A stretch of 64,000 bases of DNA, taken from assembly GCF_001447785.1 (NCBI RefSeq), contig NW_015174273.1:2081204-2145203 (forward strand), in the 5' to 3' direction. Of the stretch, positions 63,640 to 64,000 are shown piece after piece. The notes below the pieces were generated by a model, which saw only the letters and a list, made by a program, of their open reading frames with translations, searched no databases and was not told where the DNA came from. The first letter of the stretch is position 1, and the number at the start of each line of letters is the position of its first letter. The DNA comes from Gekko japonicus. Lineage: Eukaryota. Both the position numbers and the translations under genes were made by a program.

Positions 63640-63975
63640 TCCCCTTAGCATGGTGATTTTGGGATACAGCATAGATGAGGAACCAGTTCAACAGGTCTAC
63701 ATCTTTCAGTTGAGGTGGCGGGCATTCAAGCTATTCTGGACCTCCCTGTCCTGTCCACAGCAATGTTTTTGACTTTCCCCCCCAGTGCCCTACTGTTTCT
63801 GGACACCATCTGGACACTGCAGTTTCTTAGGGTAATTATGTTATAATGCACGGGTTTGGTTGATCTGCTATTGCTATTTATTGTTTCATTGTTTTTATTG
63901 TTTGCTGATTTTATGTTGTGAGCTGTCCTTGAGCCCATTTTGGGGGGTAGGGTGGGGTATAAATTTAATAAATAA
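63640..63975 (+). mobile_element. L2 3' end fragment
   Basis: Ends tttatgttgtgagctgtccttgagcccattttgggggtagggtggggtataaatttaataaataaa. Confidence 0.65.
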
Positions 63976-64000
63976 ATTTTTTAAAAAACATGATAATGAC

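Noticed and set aside
57000-64000. First Ig exon of NRG1
   Set aside because: No LPPRLKEMK/KWFKNG-like coding sequence found; presumably beyond the right edge of the window.

Overview
Eukaryotic (vertebrate) genomic DNA from a squamate reptile, probably a gecko judging by the repeat complement. The whole window lies inside the neuregulin-1 gene (NRG1), transcribed on the minus strand. In transcription order it holds four exons: the second Ig-domain exon (56950-56826), two 51-nt spacer/glycosylation exons not visible in the ORF track (43655-43605 and 41991-41941), and the type III (CRD/SMDF) alternative first exon (CDS 8023-7390) with its long 5' leader. I did not find the first Ig exon or the EGF exon; by gene order they should lie outside the window. 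The introns are full of squamate repeats: four young BovB (RTE) LINE copies, Sauria, Squam2-like, Squam3-like and 5S-derived SINEs, CR1, L2, L1 and Penelope-derived fragments, and several MITE families. The most notable observation is a complete 1.26-kb CpG-rich, hairpin-rich, RT-less retroposed unit with a 17-bp TSD and poly(A) tail (61901-63160), a candidate non-autonomous L1-mobilised element. Others are a CR1 stub flanked by a ~383-bp direct duplication, a 5'-inverted BovB, two pairs of near-identical inverted repeats able to form intronic dsRNA, a palindrome made of two SINE heads, uORFs in the type III leader, and decayed hammerhead cores. Family names and comparisons with human or chicken NRG1 are from recall, not from database searches.
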